Under the pieces are notes generated by a model that was not told the origin of the DNA, did no database searches, and was given only the letters and a program-made list of their open reading frames with translations. Made by a program: the position numbers and the translations under genes. Positions 22,801-32,539 of a stretch of DNA of 64,000 nt are shown in pieces (positions within the stretch are counted from its first letter, which is position 1; every line of letters begins with the position of its first letter). Source of the DNA: Clostridiales bacterium (lineage in GTDB: Bacteria > Bacillota > Clostridia > Lachnospirales > JAQSXR01). The stretch spans positions 8,272 through 72,271 of the forward strand of contig JAQSXR010000002.1 in NCBI GenBank assembly GCA_029256575.1, in the 5' to 3' direction.

Positions 22801-25800
22801 ATGGTACATACCTGGGTTAGTTTTATCAACTAATACTCCGTTGTTATCAGTATTCCCATCATTAAAACGGTCTGTTACCATAAAATAAATTACTGCTTCA
22901 TCCCATTCAAAATTATCTGTTACGCCTATCGTTGCAAGTTCAAATATTGCCTTCACAACATAAGTTTTATTATTTATATCTGTAATTGTTATAGGAATTT
23001 CTTTAATTCCAGCTCCGATATAATCTTTAATACCAAATGCAACTTTTTTAGTTATGATATTAACATTATACTTTGAGGTTCCTCCAACTGCAGATAAATC
23101 AGCTGTAATTGTTTTAATATTAATACCTGTTGAAGAAATCTCAATTACCCCATTTTCATTACTTGTTAAATTGTATGGGTTAATTGTTGCAGATAAGCTA
23201 TATACACTTACTGCTACCGTTTTACTCACATCACCTGATTTTATTGTTATTGTTGCATTACCAGGTGCTTTCGATATTAACTTACCATTTACATATTCAA
23301 CTACAGTACTATCAGTTGTATCGCTAGTAATTGTTGGATTCGTAATAACTACTCCATATTGATCTTTTACTATAGCATCGAAAATCACTTCTTTATTAGG
23401 TTCAATTGTAACGATATTTTGTGCTATCTCTATCGTCGTTGCAGCTGGTACATATGCCGCTCTCTCTTCATCATAAAGCACTACCATCGATAGGCCTGGT
23501 ACAGAAACTGTATTTCCAGCAATGGTATTTAATGTGCTAACTCCTGCTTCTGATCCATTTACAACCATCTTCCATTCGGAAGCTCCTAATTCGCTTGGTA
23601 TTGTAACGGATTGATCTCCTGTATTTGCATTATAAATTATAACTACATTCTTCCAAGTATCTCCATTTGCATAGTTCTTAAGTGCATATGCAACGATATT
23701 GCCATCGCTCTTAAATACTTGTATGTTATTTATTAATGCAACTTTAGTATCCATTCTAAAAGCTGGATGAGTTTTTCTAAGTTCCATAAGTCCTGCATAA
23801 TAATCTGTTACAGGTTTAAATTTAGCTTTGTTTTCCCATCTAATCATATTGATAGAGTCTGGGCTCTTATAACTATTATGATCGCCATATTTCGTTCTTA
23901 AGAATTCATCTCCTGCATGTATAAATGGAACTCCTTGTAATGTAAGAATTATACTATTTGCAAATACTGAACGTTTTACCGTCTCATTCGCAAATATATC
24001 ATTTAAATCAATTTGTGCATAAGGTGTAGCTGCTGCTACCGCTTCATCAACACTTGACTTATCAAGCATAACTCCATCTTTAATCTTACCTGCTAAAGAC
24101 TTTAAAGTTTCATCTAAATTTTGAGTTTTTACAACTTTATCCCATAAATTTAGGTTATCGTGCGCTGTTAAATAATTAATTGTTTCTGTAGGTGCATTGG
24201 CAATTGTTTCTGTTGAACCGTATATACCTCTCACTACATCAAGTTCTTTCCCTGTAGCTCCAGTTGCGAAACCTGTTGAGGCATCATCGCTTCCACCTTT
24301 AATTGCTCCACGTAAGTCATCATTAAACACTGCATACCCTTGATCTTTTTGTGAACCTTTGTTAACTCCATTTGTAAGTGGTGTTGAGCCACCTGTCCAA
24401 GGTTCGCCATAAACCATAATGGTTGGATCTATTTCTTGTTTTAACTCTCTTGTAACTTGATTGATTGTATCTTGATCTATCAACCCAAATAAGTCAAATC
24501 TAAAACCATCAATATTATATTCTTTTGCCCAATACTTAACTGATTCTACTATGTACTTTCTTACCATTGGTCTTTCTGATGCCACTTCATTTCCACATCC
24601 AGAACCATTCGTAAATTCAATGTTACTATCTGTTCTATAATAGTAACCTGGTACTAGTTTATCAAAAGGTCCATTGTCAATATCAAATGTATGATTATAA
24701 ACAACGTCCATTACTACACGTATATTGGCATCATGTAATGCTTGAACCATTTGTTTAAATTCAGTTATTCTTAAGTTTGGATTCGTTGCATCACTTGAGA
24801 ATGAACCTTCCGGCACATTATAGTTTTGAGGATCATAACCCCAATTAAACTTAGCATCTGTTGATGTTGGATCATTTACTGTTAATTCATTTACAGTTTT
24901 AAAATCATAAGTTGGAAGTAGATGAACGGTTGTAATACCTAATTCCTTTAAATGATCAATACCAATTGTATTACCCGTACTATCCTTTAGTCCTGTTTCT
25001 GTAAATGCAAGATATTTTCCTTTGTTAGTAAAACTTGCATCAGGATCGATTGAGAAGTCTCTTATATGCAATTCATATAAAATATTATCTGTATCTTTTG
25101 TCACTGTTTGTGGTTTCAATGTTGGATTCCAATTAATTGGATCTGTACTGTCTAAATCCACTATAGCAGCTCTTTGACCATTTGCTGATACTGCCTTTGC
25201 ATATGGATCGATTGCAAAATCAATTGTTCCATCTGCAAATTCTACTTTATACATATAATATTTTGCTGTTTGTGCTGGAATACTTACAGTCCAAACTCCT
25301 GTATTGGCATCTTTTATCATTGTATAAAGCTTGTTAGGAGATGAATGATCAGCTACAGTTCCTGCCGCTGTGTAGGTTCCTGCGTCATTGTATAATGATA
25401 ATGAAAGCTTCTTTGCTGTTGGAGCCCATACTTTAAATGTATGAGTACTTCCATCTGACATAAAACCTAAGTCATTTCCATAATAAAAATATTTGTCTAG
25501 TACATTTCTCATTGTTACTACTTTGGTTTCATAAACACCTGATAAATCTCTTACTTCTACTTGAGAAGCTGGATTAATTGGAGTTGCTAAAGTAGCTATA
25601 CCAGTTACTGTACTATTACCTTTTGTTGATGTAGCTGTAACACGAACTCCATCTACATAGACCGCAAATTTAGAGAAATCAACGCCTTCTCCATTCCCAT
25701 TTATCTTGAAGTCAATCTTATTATCTGAATCCATAACAGCATAAAATAATCTTGCTGCAATTGCTTCTTCTTTACTGTAATAAACTGTTTTGTCCCCTTC

Positions 25801-27576
25801 AACTAACCATACTTCATTTCCTTTTGAAAGGTCAAATACTCTATTTCCACCTTCTTGATCAGACCAATTACCTTTTCTTGTTATGAAATTAAGTTTTTCT
25901 AATGCTTGTGGAATCGAAACGATTCCTGTGTACCATCCATCAACAAGTGATAATACATCTGCACCAGAACCATCTTGATTATCTGGCCATATCCATAAGT
26001 TCCAACCAGTATAATCACCTGCATAACGCAAGTAATTAAACTTAAAGTTTGTAATTACATCTGCCACTGATATTATGATTTCTTTTGAATATAATTTATT
26101 ACATGTATCAAATTCTGATGTATTGTAATCATAACTAGCGACTACTGTAAATGTAGTTTTCGCTAATACATCAGCTGCGATTGTTACAAGTCCTGTATCT
26201 GAAATTGTTACGCCCGCTACTGGTTCTTTTAAAGACCAGCCAATTGCTACATCTTGAACCATATTAAATTCATCCGTAAATTTAGCACTTAATTGCTGAT
26301 TATTGCCTGCTATCATCGCACTTTCAAATGTATCAATTGCAAGTTTAGGCTCATTAACATTAATTGCGTAACTTAGGTAATCCCCTTTAATAACAAAAGT
26401 TACATCCATATCTTTTGCAAGATTAACAGCTAAATTACCACCAGAAGAAGCCTCTGAACCGTACCAAAGTGATACTGAACCTGCTACTAACACAGCTTTT
26501 GCTTCATAATTGCCAGCTAAAATCCTTCTTTCTAATCTAAAATCTGATCCATCTAAATTATAGTCATAAAATACTTGCTTCGCTGAATCTGGTGACCATA
26601 CTGTTTCACCAAATAATGACTGTATATCCCCAACTAGCTTTGGTCCCACTGCAGGAATATATTTATGAATATTTGGTATCGTTACATTCGTTACGATTTG
26701 TCTATTTTCCGCATTTATGTATATATTAACTTTGGTACGTTTTGACAAAGTCAATACATAATTTCCATAACCGCCTGTTCCCCCAGCAAAACTACCTGGA
26801 TCGTCATAATTTCCATTCTTAACAATCTTAAATTCATAGTTTCCTGCATCTAATACTGTTGAGTAAGCATAAAGTTCTCCAGTTAGCCTCTTCATAACAG
26901 TTATATCTGTATCCGGAATCCAGTTACCTGTTTCTCCATCTTGTTGTTGGAAATTTCCTACAACTGCATATTTATCAGTACTTACTAATCCAACAAACGT
27001 GTCTTTTACTATATCTGCAGGATCGACATTACTATCAGTTGTAAATGGAATATTAATCTCTTCACTTAGTATTTGAGAAGCAGTTTCTATTATTCCACCC
27101 TTCTCAAGAATTATTGTATATGCTGAATTTTCTTGAAGTACTACTCCATCAGCTAAAGTGATTATTATTTCCTTCGGATTTTCCGCATTCTTTTTAATTA
27201 ATGCATTTACTAATGAATCTCCTGCGTCATAAAAATACCAAACTAATTCTGATTTTAGGTCGACTTCATTTTCAAAAGTAAGTTTAAATTCTCTTCTATC
27301 TAATTCAACCGCATCTACATTAAAATCAATTGCTTTATTCACAAACGATAAAGTTGTAATTTGTGCACCAAGTACTTTAGGTGTTGCTGTTAAATCTGTT
27401 TCAAATATTACAGTAGATTTTGAAGGAATGGTAAATTTATAATTTCCACCATCTGCACCATAATCTGTACCGTTCCAGGTTTTTCCTAAAACTACCTTGG
27501 CTTCATATACTGAAGTACTTGCATCCATAGTAGCTTCATATTTATATACACTTCCATCAAGATTATAATCATACAT
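19870..27576 (-). CDS. SLH-anchored amylopullulanase: GH13 pullulanase plus GH13 alpha-amylase (main reading frame, 2568 codons)
   Basis: Pullulanase signatures: FNWGYDPQNY (~24820-24849), DGFRFDL (~24491-24510), YGEPW (~24397-24411), YLTAHDN. Alpha-amylase signatures: VDVVINHAG (~22528-22554), FRVDTAKH (~22318-22341), GEIW, FLSSHDENG (~22036-22062). Also has repeated X25/CBM-like starch-binding modules, two Big_2-like modules and three C-terminal SLH repeats (~19870-20440). This frame has no signal peptide of its own. Confidence 0.85.
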   Translation of the reverse strand: MYDYNLDGSVYKYEATMDASTSVYEAKVVLGKTWNGTDYGADGGNYKFTIPSKSTVIFETDLTATPKVLGAQITTLSFVNKAIDFNVDAVELDRREFKLTFENEVDLKSELVWYFYDAGDSLVNALIKKNAENPKEIIITLADGVVLQENSAYTIILEKGGIIETASQILSEEINIPFTTDSNVDPADIVKDTFVGLVSTDKYAVVGNFQQQDGETGNWIPDTDITVMKRLTGELYAYSTVLDAGNYEFKIVKNGNYDDPGSFAGGTGGYGNYVLTLSKRTKVNIYINAENRQIVTNVTIPNIHKYIPAVGPKLVGDIQSLFGETVWSPDSAKQVFYDYNLDGSDFRLERRILAGNYEAKAVLVAGSVSLWYGSEASSGGNLAVNLAKDMDVTFVIKGDYLSYAINVNEPKLAIDTFESAMIAGNNQQLSAKFTDEFNMVQDVAIGWSLKEPVAGVTISDTGLVTIAADVLAKTTFTVVASYDYNTSEFDTCNKLYSKEIIISVADVITNFKFNYLRYAGDYTGWNLWIWPDNQDGSGADVLSLVDGWYTGIVSIPQALEKLNFITRKGNWSDQEGGNRVFDLSKGNEVWLVEGDKTVYYSKEEAIAARLFYAVMDSDNKIDFKINGNGEGVDFSKFAVYVDGVRVTATSTKGNSTVTGIATLATPINPASQVEVRDLSGVYETKVVTMRNVLDKYFYYGNDLGFMSDGSTHTFKVWAPTAKKLSLSLYNDAGTYTAAGTVADHSSPNKLYTMIKDANTGVWTVSIPAQTAKYYMYKVEFADGTIDFAIDPYAKAVSANGQRAAIVDLDSTDPINWNPTLKPQTVTKDTDNILYELHIRDFSIDPDASFTNKGKYLAFTETGLKDSTGNTIGIDHLKELGITTVHLLPTYDFKTVNELTVNDPTSTDAKFNWGYDPQNYNVPEGSFSSDATNPNLRITEFKQMVQALHDANIRVVMDVVYNHTFDIDNGPFDKLVPGYYYRTDSNIEFTNGSGCGNEVASERPMVRKYIVESVKYWAKEYNIDGFRFDLFGLIDQDTINQVTRELKQEIDPTIMVYGEPWTGGSTPLTNGVNKGSQKDQGYAVFNDDLRGAIKGGSDDASTGFATGATGKELDVVRGIYGSTETIANAPTETINYLTAHDNLNLWDKVVKTQNLDETLKSLAGKIKDGVMLDKSSVDEAVAAATPYAQIDLNDIFANETVKRSVFANSIILTLQGVPFIHAGDEFLRTKYGDHNSYKSPDSINMIRWENKAKFKPVTDYYAGLMELRKTHPAFRMDTKVALINNIQVFKSDGNIVAYALKNYANGDTWKNVVIIYNANTGDQSVTIPSELGASEWKMVVNGSEAGVSTLNTIAGNTVSVPGLSMVVLYDEERAAYVPAATTIEIAQNIVTIEPNKEVIFDAIVKDQYGVVITNPTITSDTTDSTVVEYVNGKLISKAPGNATITIKSGDVSKTVAVSVYSLSATINPYNLTSNENGVIEISSTGINIKTITADLSAVGGTSKYNVNIITKKVAFGIKDYIGAGIKEIPITITDINNKTYVVKAIFELATIGVTDNFEWDEAVIYFMVTDRFNDGNTDNNGVLVDKTNPGMYHGGDFKGVTDKLDYLKDLGINTIWITPIVENITLDCDAAVDSEYYAYHGYWANDFTKLNPYLGTKAELETLIDEAHSRGMKLMVDVVINHAGYDTTNPDFIDMFRTTSGSDDETMSLAGLPDFKTEDQLVRSKVIEWQVAWAALTTANGNKIDYFRVDTAKHVDHETLIQFKAALTETNPAFKMIGEIWADEAKINSYLNNGQMDSAIDFGFNDIVSKFVVSGKLTEAEALLEARNVTISNVGTLGQFLSSHDENGYLVSTLGNDANKMMLAASLQITAKGQPVIYYGEEIGASGTSVWPDYDNRIDLDWSRADYSKVFAKGSRSNFAGSDAEGYLIFERSYEGKDLLVALNTRTTVKETTLTTSYEVGTKLKDIFNEDITYIVGADKKVNMIATLPIEITLQNKVEIESVRSAFTSLSVEQQLQVTNINVLIAAETKITELEKEKLAAEKLAAAILAAKNAINSLPTVETVAIANKQAVADAKALVAEVKALDANAIVEGEEKIALLEAKIAELLIPVPTTIEVEQVNISLERNDELAINIVVKDQFGNAITNPTITVESNSAVVEYLNGKLMAKSVGTATVTIKVGSISKEITVNVISKSSEADKNLENQIEELFYKVGVEFDNESNTITIKPLEGSQTGKIELSKQVIDTLNSNNLSLDVVTSNAIINVPASILKDIKTGSKIILDIKPSNDAVSGDGIAKVGNIVDINVFEVDGNNVSTQLTNFKALLTITIPVSNDDLAKVKNKLKLVVFYIDDEGNFTNMGGKLTDAGLEFTTNHLSKYVIVENHKSFIDVQGTWAQQYIEVLAARGIISGISADTFKPQATITRAEFAVLIAKTLGINDVAYTNEFSDVSKNAYYAQSIAIVSKQGIMVGNNGKFRPNDYITREEMTKVIIDAYAKIANIDLNTISTQGITSFEDKNKISTWALNYVNLAKVLKLINGTGENEFDPKSNLDRASASKVIFNLLEKVGKFN

Positions 27577-29329
27577 TAATCTCTAGAGTTGGATTAGAAT
27601 ATATCTTCATAGTTGTTGATGGGTTTGTTAATATACTGCTTGTTAAAGTAACCCCATCTTCATCAACACCACTAATATAAAGCTCACGAGTATCTATTCT
27701 AGTATAAATTACTATTTGTGATGTTTTATTTAGTTGTATCGTATAATTATTTGCACCATCACCATAGTCATTTGTCCAGGCATTTGGTGCTATCTTAAAT
27801 TCATGTGTACCTGCAGGTAATATCATACTAGTTGCATACAAACTTCCTGTAAGTCTACTCATTTTGGGGACACTATATATTTGTCCACCTAAATCTTTAA
27901 ACGTTATAGTCTTAAACTGAGCTACTGTTCTAAAAACTTTAGTAAATACAATGTTATTAGTTGAAGTAGTATTTCCTTTGTATGAATCCGCTGCTATCGT
28001 TAGAGTATAATCTGTTAAATTCTCTAACGCCACTGTAGGTGTCACAACTAATTTATTATCAGCTGAAACTACTGTGGTAATTGCAACATTGCTACTATCT
28101 GAATTCTTCACTAATGTTACTCCCGATGCATTTAGAACTGTAACTGCTTCACTAAATTGAACCTCTAGTGTGCTGCCAACCGCTACGTTCGTATCAGGTA
28201 TTGCGTTTGTTAATTTAAGGCTTGCTGCTGGAATACCTGTAATTTTATATTCTTTTGAATATACCGATTGAATATTTAAACTTGCAGGTTTGTTATAATT
28301 TTGAGCAACTGTATTTCCTGAAGCAAAAGGCGATACGCTAAACGCGCCATGATCACCTGTATTTCCAGATAATACACCTATAACTTTAACAACATCATCA
28401 TTTTTAAGTCCAAGTTTAGAAATAGCGAGTTTTCCTTCAAAGCCATTTGTAGTAGCTTTAACTGTTATTCCATCTCCACTGTTATTTCCTGAAGCAAGTG
28501 GAATTGTTACGCCACTTTCGTTTACTTTATTAAATTCAAAATAATTGTCAGTAGCTTTGTTAACTATTATAAATTGTGGTTTTACACTTGTTCCAGAAAA
28601 ATCAAATTGTCTATTCCAAGGATTTGTTCCAATATATCCTGAATCAACATTATTTACATTGATTGCAAGAGTTAATGGCATTCCATCTGTTCCCCAATCT
28701 ACAAAATTTCCTTCTACATAGTAGTATAGGTATTCTCCATCATTATATAGATATATATCACCTAATTGTGCATCTGGAGTGCTAGTTGTACCAGAACGAT
28801 ATGTAAGTTTATCATATAGTATTGCACCAGTTGTACTGTCTGTTGATACTACTTTTGATAAGTTTAGTGTATAAAAATCCGTATAAGTAGTTTGGCTATT
28901 AGGCTTTGCACTTTCATCCCAACTACTTGCAACTGCATTATCAATCGTCTTTGGTAGAACATCAAATGCTCCATGTTGGGCTGCATTATCTCCCGAAAGA
29001 ACAACATTGGCTCTTATTCTATCATTTGCAGTAATATTTAATTTCACCAACGGAACTTTAACTGTAAAGCCTGTAGATTTATAAGCTTCTGCTAAAGCTC
29101 CTTGTAGATTGTTTGTATTTAATACCTCTGTTCTATTATCCCCATCATCAGCATAGATTGCTAACCATGTGTTTGGCTCTGTAGCTTCTTTTTTAACTAC
29201 TATATGTATATCAGGTTTTACAAGCATACCATCGTAGTTAAATTGTCTTCCCCATGGGTTATTACTTAATGTTGAAGTCTTGCTTTCTACATCTAAAGCT
29301 ATATCAACATATTCATTTGCATCGTCCAA
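27569..29329 (-). CDS. N-terminal carbohydrate-binding/Ig-like region of the amylopullulanase (separate frame, 586 codons)
   Basis: Repeated beta-rich modules resemble those in the downstream frame. The ORF opens at a TTG immediately after an in-frame stop and ends in ATGTATGA, overlapping the next frame. It has no signal peptide. Confidence 0.7.
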   Translation of the reverse strand: MDDANEYVDIALDVESKTSTLSNNPWGRQFNYDGMLVKPDIHIVVKKEATEPNTWLAIYADDGDNRTEVLNTNNLQGALAEAYKSTGFTVKVPLVKLNITANDRIRANVVLSGDNAAQHGAFDVLPKTIDNAVASSWDESAKPNSQTTYTDFYTLNLSKVVSTDSTTGAILYDKLTYRSGTTSTPDAQLGDIYLYNDGEYLYYYVEGNFVDWGTDGMPLTLAINVNNVDSGYIGTNPWNRQFDFSGTSVKPQFIIVNKATDNYFEFNKVNESGVTIPLASGNNSGDGITVKATTNGFEGKLAISKLGLKNDDVVKVIGVLSGNTGDHGAFSVSPFASGNTVAQNYNKPASLNIQSVYSKEYKITGIPAASLKLTNAIPDTNVAVGSTLEVQFSEAVTVLNASGVTLVKNSDSSNVAITTVVSADNKLVVTPTVALENLTDYTLTIAADSYKGNTTSTNNIVFTKVFRTVAQFKTITFKDLGGQIYSVPKMSRLTGSLYATSMILPAGTHEFKIAPNAWTNDYGDGANNYTIQLNKTSQIVIYTRIDTRELYISGVDEDGVTLTSSILTNPSTTMKIYSNPTLEINV

Positions 29330-29463
29330 TCAGCGAAGCTTCCATCAATCGTTAATGCTGTTGTTTCTGCATTTACATTTAACATAGCTAAGTTGTTTGG
29401 AAGTGTGCCAATAACCATTAATAGTGCTAAGGCTATGGCAACTACTTTTTTCATTCTTTTCAT
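29299..29463 (-). CDS. Signal-peptide fragment of the amylopullulanase (third frame, 54 codons)
   Basis: RBS GGGAGG precedes the ATG at 29463. Translation begins MKRMKKVVAIALALLMVIGTLPNNLAMLNVNA-ETT, a Sec signal with a VNA cleavage site. The frame is lost at 29326-29328. Confidence 0.6.
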   Translation of the reverse strand: MKRMKKVVAIALALLMVIGTLPNNLAMLNVNAETTALTIDGSFADWTMQMNMLI

Positions 29464-29494
29464 TCTAATACCTCCCTAAAATAACTTTTTCTCC

Positions 29495-29506
29495 ATTGTG
29501 CACAAT
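29495..29506. promoter_or_regulatory. Perfect 12-bp palindrome ATTGTGCACAAT upstream of the amylopullulanase start
   Basis: Read directly from the sequence. It lies 32 nt upstream of the ATG at 29463. Confidence 0.3.
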
Positions 29507-29734
29507 ATATAGCACGTACAATATTTTACCATTTTTTTTAGTAATTTAATACAATTATTTTAGTAAAAAAATTTTTTTGGTATGTTTGTATATATTTATT
29601 ATGTATAATTTGTTACTATTGCTTTTAGTATTTATTATAAATTTTTAGCAAAATCTAAAAATAAAATGTTATTTCCCTAAGCCTATATTATTATCACAGA
29701 ATCAGTATGATAATTGTAAAATATACTTTCAAAA

Positions 29735-29775
29735 CAAAAAAAGAAACGGTTTCTTCTTATTAGATAACCGTTTCT
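29735..29775 (-). terminator. Terminator downstream of the AEC transporter gene
   Basis: A 10-bp stem (AGAAACGGTT / AACCGTTTCT) is followed by a T-run on the minus strand. Confidence 0.7.
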
Positions 29776-29863
29776 AATGTACTACTAAACTTCTCTATGG
29801 AATTAATTCCGTCTTACGTCAATATTCACAATTAATATAATATTTACTTTTTCTTAAATGTAG

Positions 29864-30793
29864 CTATCCTAATAAGAAGACAATAATCGGAATCGTAACA
29901 ACAGAAAACATCGTCGTTAAGAATACACCCTTTGATGCAAGATCAACATTTCCTTTATATTCTGTACTTACAATTACTGCATTTGTAGCTACTGGCATCC
30001 CTGCAATTACAACTGTTACTCCAACTAAAGTTGGATCTAAATTGAAAGGAGAAAGTGCAAGAAATACTAATAATGGAATTACAACTAATTTAATAATTGT
30101 AAATATGTACATTCTGAAATTATTAAATATTTCTCTAATCTTTATTTCAGATAAAGATACACCAATAATTAACATGGACAATGGCGTTGTCATTGATCCG
30201 AGTAAACTAATTGGTTTTTCTATTAATGTTGGTACTTCTAACCTAGTAATAAATAAAATGATTGCAATCAAGACTGAAATAACTCCAGGATTTATACACT
30301 TTTTCAAACTAAGTTTTTCTGTATTTCCACCACTCTTTGCAGCAAGTAAAATACCAACCGTATAGAGTAGCAAGTTAAAAGGTAGATTAAATATAGAAGC
30401 ATAAAAAATAGCCCCAGTTCCATATATCGATTCAATTACCGGGAACCCCATAAATCCTATATTAGAAAAGATAGTCATAAAAGAAAATAAGTATTTATTA
30501 TTTCCTTTTATGGCTAATACCTTAGGTACAATTACTGAACCTATCAATAAAAATATAAATAGTAAAACAGAAATAAGTGCAAGAAGAAAAAGTGTTGTTG
30601 TACTTGCTGTTATTTCATAAGATATTACTGAGGATATAATTAGAGCAGGGCTTGATACCTTCATAATTAATCCCGAAAGTTTCTTATTCGTTGGTTTATC
30701 AAGAATCTTTATCTTTGCAAGGAAATATCCCAGTATTATTAAAATAAATAGAGTTACCATTTGATTTACTATACCACTAAAATCTGCTGTCAT
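29864..30793 (-). CDS. AEC-family (auxin efflux carrier-like) membrane transporter
   Basis: About 10 TM segments. Start was chosen at MTADFSGIVNQMVTLFILIILGYFLAK, because the longer ORF would overlap mazF. Confidence 0.8.
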   Translation of the reverse strand: MTADFSGIVNQMVTLFILIILGYFLAKIKILDKPTNKKLSGLIMKVSSPALIISSVISYEITASTTTLFLLALISVLLFIFLLIGSVIVPKVLAIKGNNKYLFSFMTIFSNIGFMGFPVIESIYGTGAIFYASIFNLPFNLLLYTVGILLAAKSGGNTEKLSLKKCINPGVISVLIAIILFITRLEVPTLIEKPISLLGSMTTPLSMLIIGVSLSEIKIREIFNNFRMYIFTIIKLVVIPLLVFLALSPFNLDPTLVGVTVVIAGMPVATNAVIVSTEYKGNVDLASKGVFLTTMFSVVTIPIIVFLLG

Positions 30794-30804
30794 GCGTGTC
30801 GCTC

Positions 30805-31152
30805 CTATGTATCTATGCCCATACTGATTAATATTGCTTTGTCTACTTTCTTCATAGCTGATTGAGCTAAATGACATACTTTTTCTCGTAATCTCTTTTT
30901 ATCAATTGTTCTAACTTGTTCAACCAATATTACTGAATCTTTAACAAGTTCATTGCAATTTGAATCAATTTCGACATGCGTCGGTAATTTAGCTTTGTTA
31001 ATCTGTGATGTAATAGCTGCGCATATTATTGTTGGACTATATTTATTTCCAATATCATTTTGTATAATTAGTACCGGTCTTATTCCTCCTTGTTCAGAAC
31101 CTACAACCGGTCTTAAATCTGCATAAAATATATCTCCTCTTTTAACTATCAA
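30805..31152 (-). CDS. mazF: MazF/EndoA-type mRNA interferase toxin
   Basis: Sequence [61 protein letters not shown] is near-canonical for EndoA/MazF. A TTG start at 31152 sits 8 nt after GGAGAG. An in-frame ATG at 31209 would add 19 residues. Confidence 0.85.
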   Translation of the reverse strand: MIVKRGDIFYADLRPVVGSEQGGIRPVLIIQNDIGNKYSPTIICAAITSQINKAKLPTHVEIDSNCNELVKDSVILVEQVRTIDKKRLREKVCHLAQSAMKKVDKAILISMGIDT

Positions 31153-31253
31153 ATTATTCACTCTCCACTTTTTACTTAACTTAGCTTTAGTATTTCCTAA
31201 AATTTTCATATGTATACTCTAAGCGTATGTAAAAAATTTGAATTGTTTGATAA

Positions 31254-32417
31254 TTATTCAAAGCAATCTATTGTCCTGACTATTTTTCCATTCTGTTTAT
31301 ACACTCTTGGTATTCTTTTCCCAAGACCACAGATAATTTCATAATTAATTGTATTGCTTAATTTAGCAAGTTCTTCAACACTAATACTATTTTCGCCTTG
31401 TTTTCCTATTAGAACTACTTCAGCCCCTTCAATTAGCTCATCAAAATCAGTTACATCAACCATAAATTGGTCCATACATATTCTACCTATTATTGGTGCG
31501 AATTTACCACCTATTAATACTCTTCCTTTGGAAGAAAGAGCTCTAGGATATCCATCCCCATAGCCTACAGGTATGGTTGCTATTTTCGTCGTTTTACTTG
31601 TTATAAAGGTCCCCCCATAGCCTATACTAGTATTCTCAGGAACTTCCTTCAAATAAATAACATGACTTTTCAGTTCAAGCGCTGGTTCTAAATTAATTGC
31701 CTTTTTGTTGACCTCTTCAGATGGGTAAAGGCCATAAATCACTAGTCCAGGCCTTACCAAATCATATTGAGCATCCTTATAGTCAATAATTGCAGCACTG
31801 TTTGAGATATGTTTTATAGGAATATTTATTCCCATACTTTCAAGTAGCAGGATAAATTCTTGGAATCTATCTAATTGCTCGCTTGGATAAATAGTGTTTC
31901 CTTCGTCGGCCCTCGCAAAGTGCGAAAATATACCTTCAACTTCTATGTTTGGAAGTTCCGTTATTTTCTTTATTATGTCCGCATTTTCTTGTGTGGGTGC
32001 AAACCCAATTCTAGCCATTCCAGTATCAACTTTAATATGTATTTTTGCATTTTTATTAAGACTCATAGCTATTTTGGATATTGCCTCAGCCATTGAGTAT
32101 TTAAATACCGTCTGTGTAATCTCGTATTGCACCAAATAACCATATTGATGCTCGGATGTATAACCTAGAATTAATATTGGCACTTCAATTCCACTTTTTC
32201 TAAGTACAATCCCTTCTTCAATAACAGCTACGCCTAATCGATCTGCTCCATTTTCAACAAGTGTCTTTGCAATAGGAACAGCTCCATGTCCGTAACCATC
32301 CGCCTTTATAATTGCCATGACTTCAACGTTGCTTGCAATGTTTTTTCTAATTTGAGCTACATTATTTGCAATTGCGCTTAAATTTATTTCGGCAAAAACT
32401 CTATAGTAACTATTCAT
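31254..32417 (-). CDS. alr: Alanine racemase
   Basis: Carries the PLP-lysine motif AIIKADGYGHG. About 387 aa, with RBS GAGGAG. Confidence 0.9.
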   Translation of the reverse strand: MNSYYRVFAEINLSAIANNVAQIRKNIASNVEVMAIIKADGYGHGAVPIAKTLVENGADRLGVAVIEEGIVLRKSGIEVPILILGYTSEHQYGYLVQYEITQTVFKYSMAEAISKIAMSLNKNAKIHIKVDTGMARIGFAPTQENADIIKKITELPNIEVEGIFSHFARADEGNTIYPSEQLDRFQEFILLLESMGINIPIKHISNSAAIIDYKDAQYDLVRPGLVIYGLYPSEEVNKKAINLEPALELKSHVIYLKEVPENTSIGYGGTFITSKTTKIATIPVGYGDGYPRALSSKGRVLIGGKFAPIIGRICMDQFMVDVTDFDELIEGAEVVLIGKQGENSISVEELAKLSNTINYEIICGLGKRIPRVYKQNGKIVRTIDCFE

Positions 32418-32539
32418 TAGCAATTTCTCCTCTTTCTTATCTAATTATACTTTCCTAGCAAGTTCAATATTCTATAAATAATAGTCATCGCCTAATATTA
32501 CTTGAACTATATTAAGTTTTGTTTCGATATCATTTAATT

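Noticed and set aside
31153-31253. Search for a mazE antitoxin ORF between alr and mazF
   Set aside because: No ORF fits in the gap. The only open frame is the in-frame 5' extension of mazF itself. The absence is reported as a finding instead.
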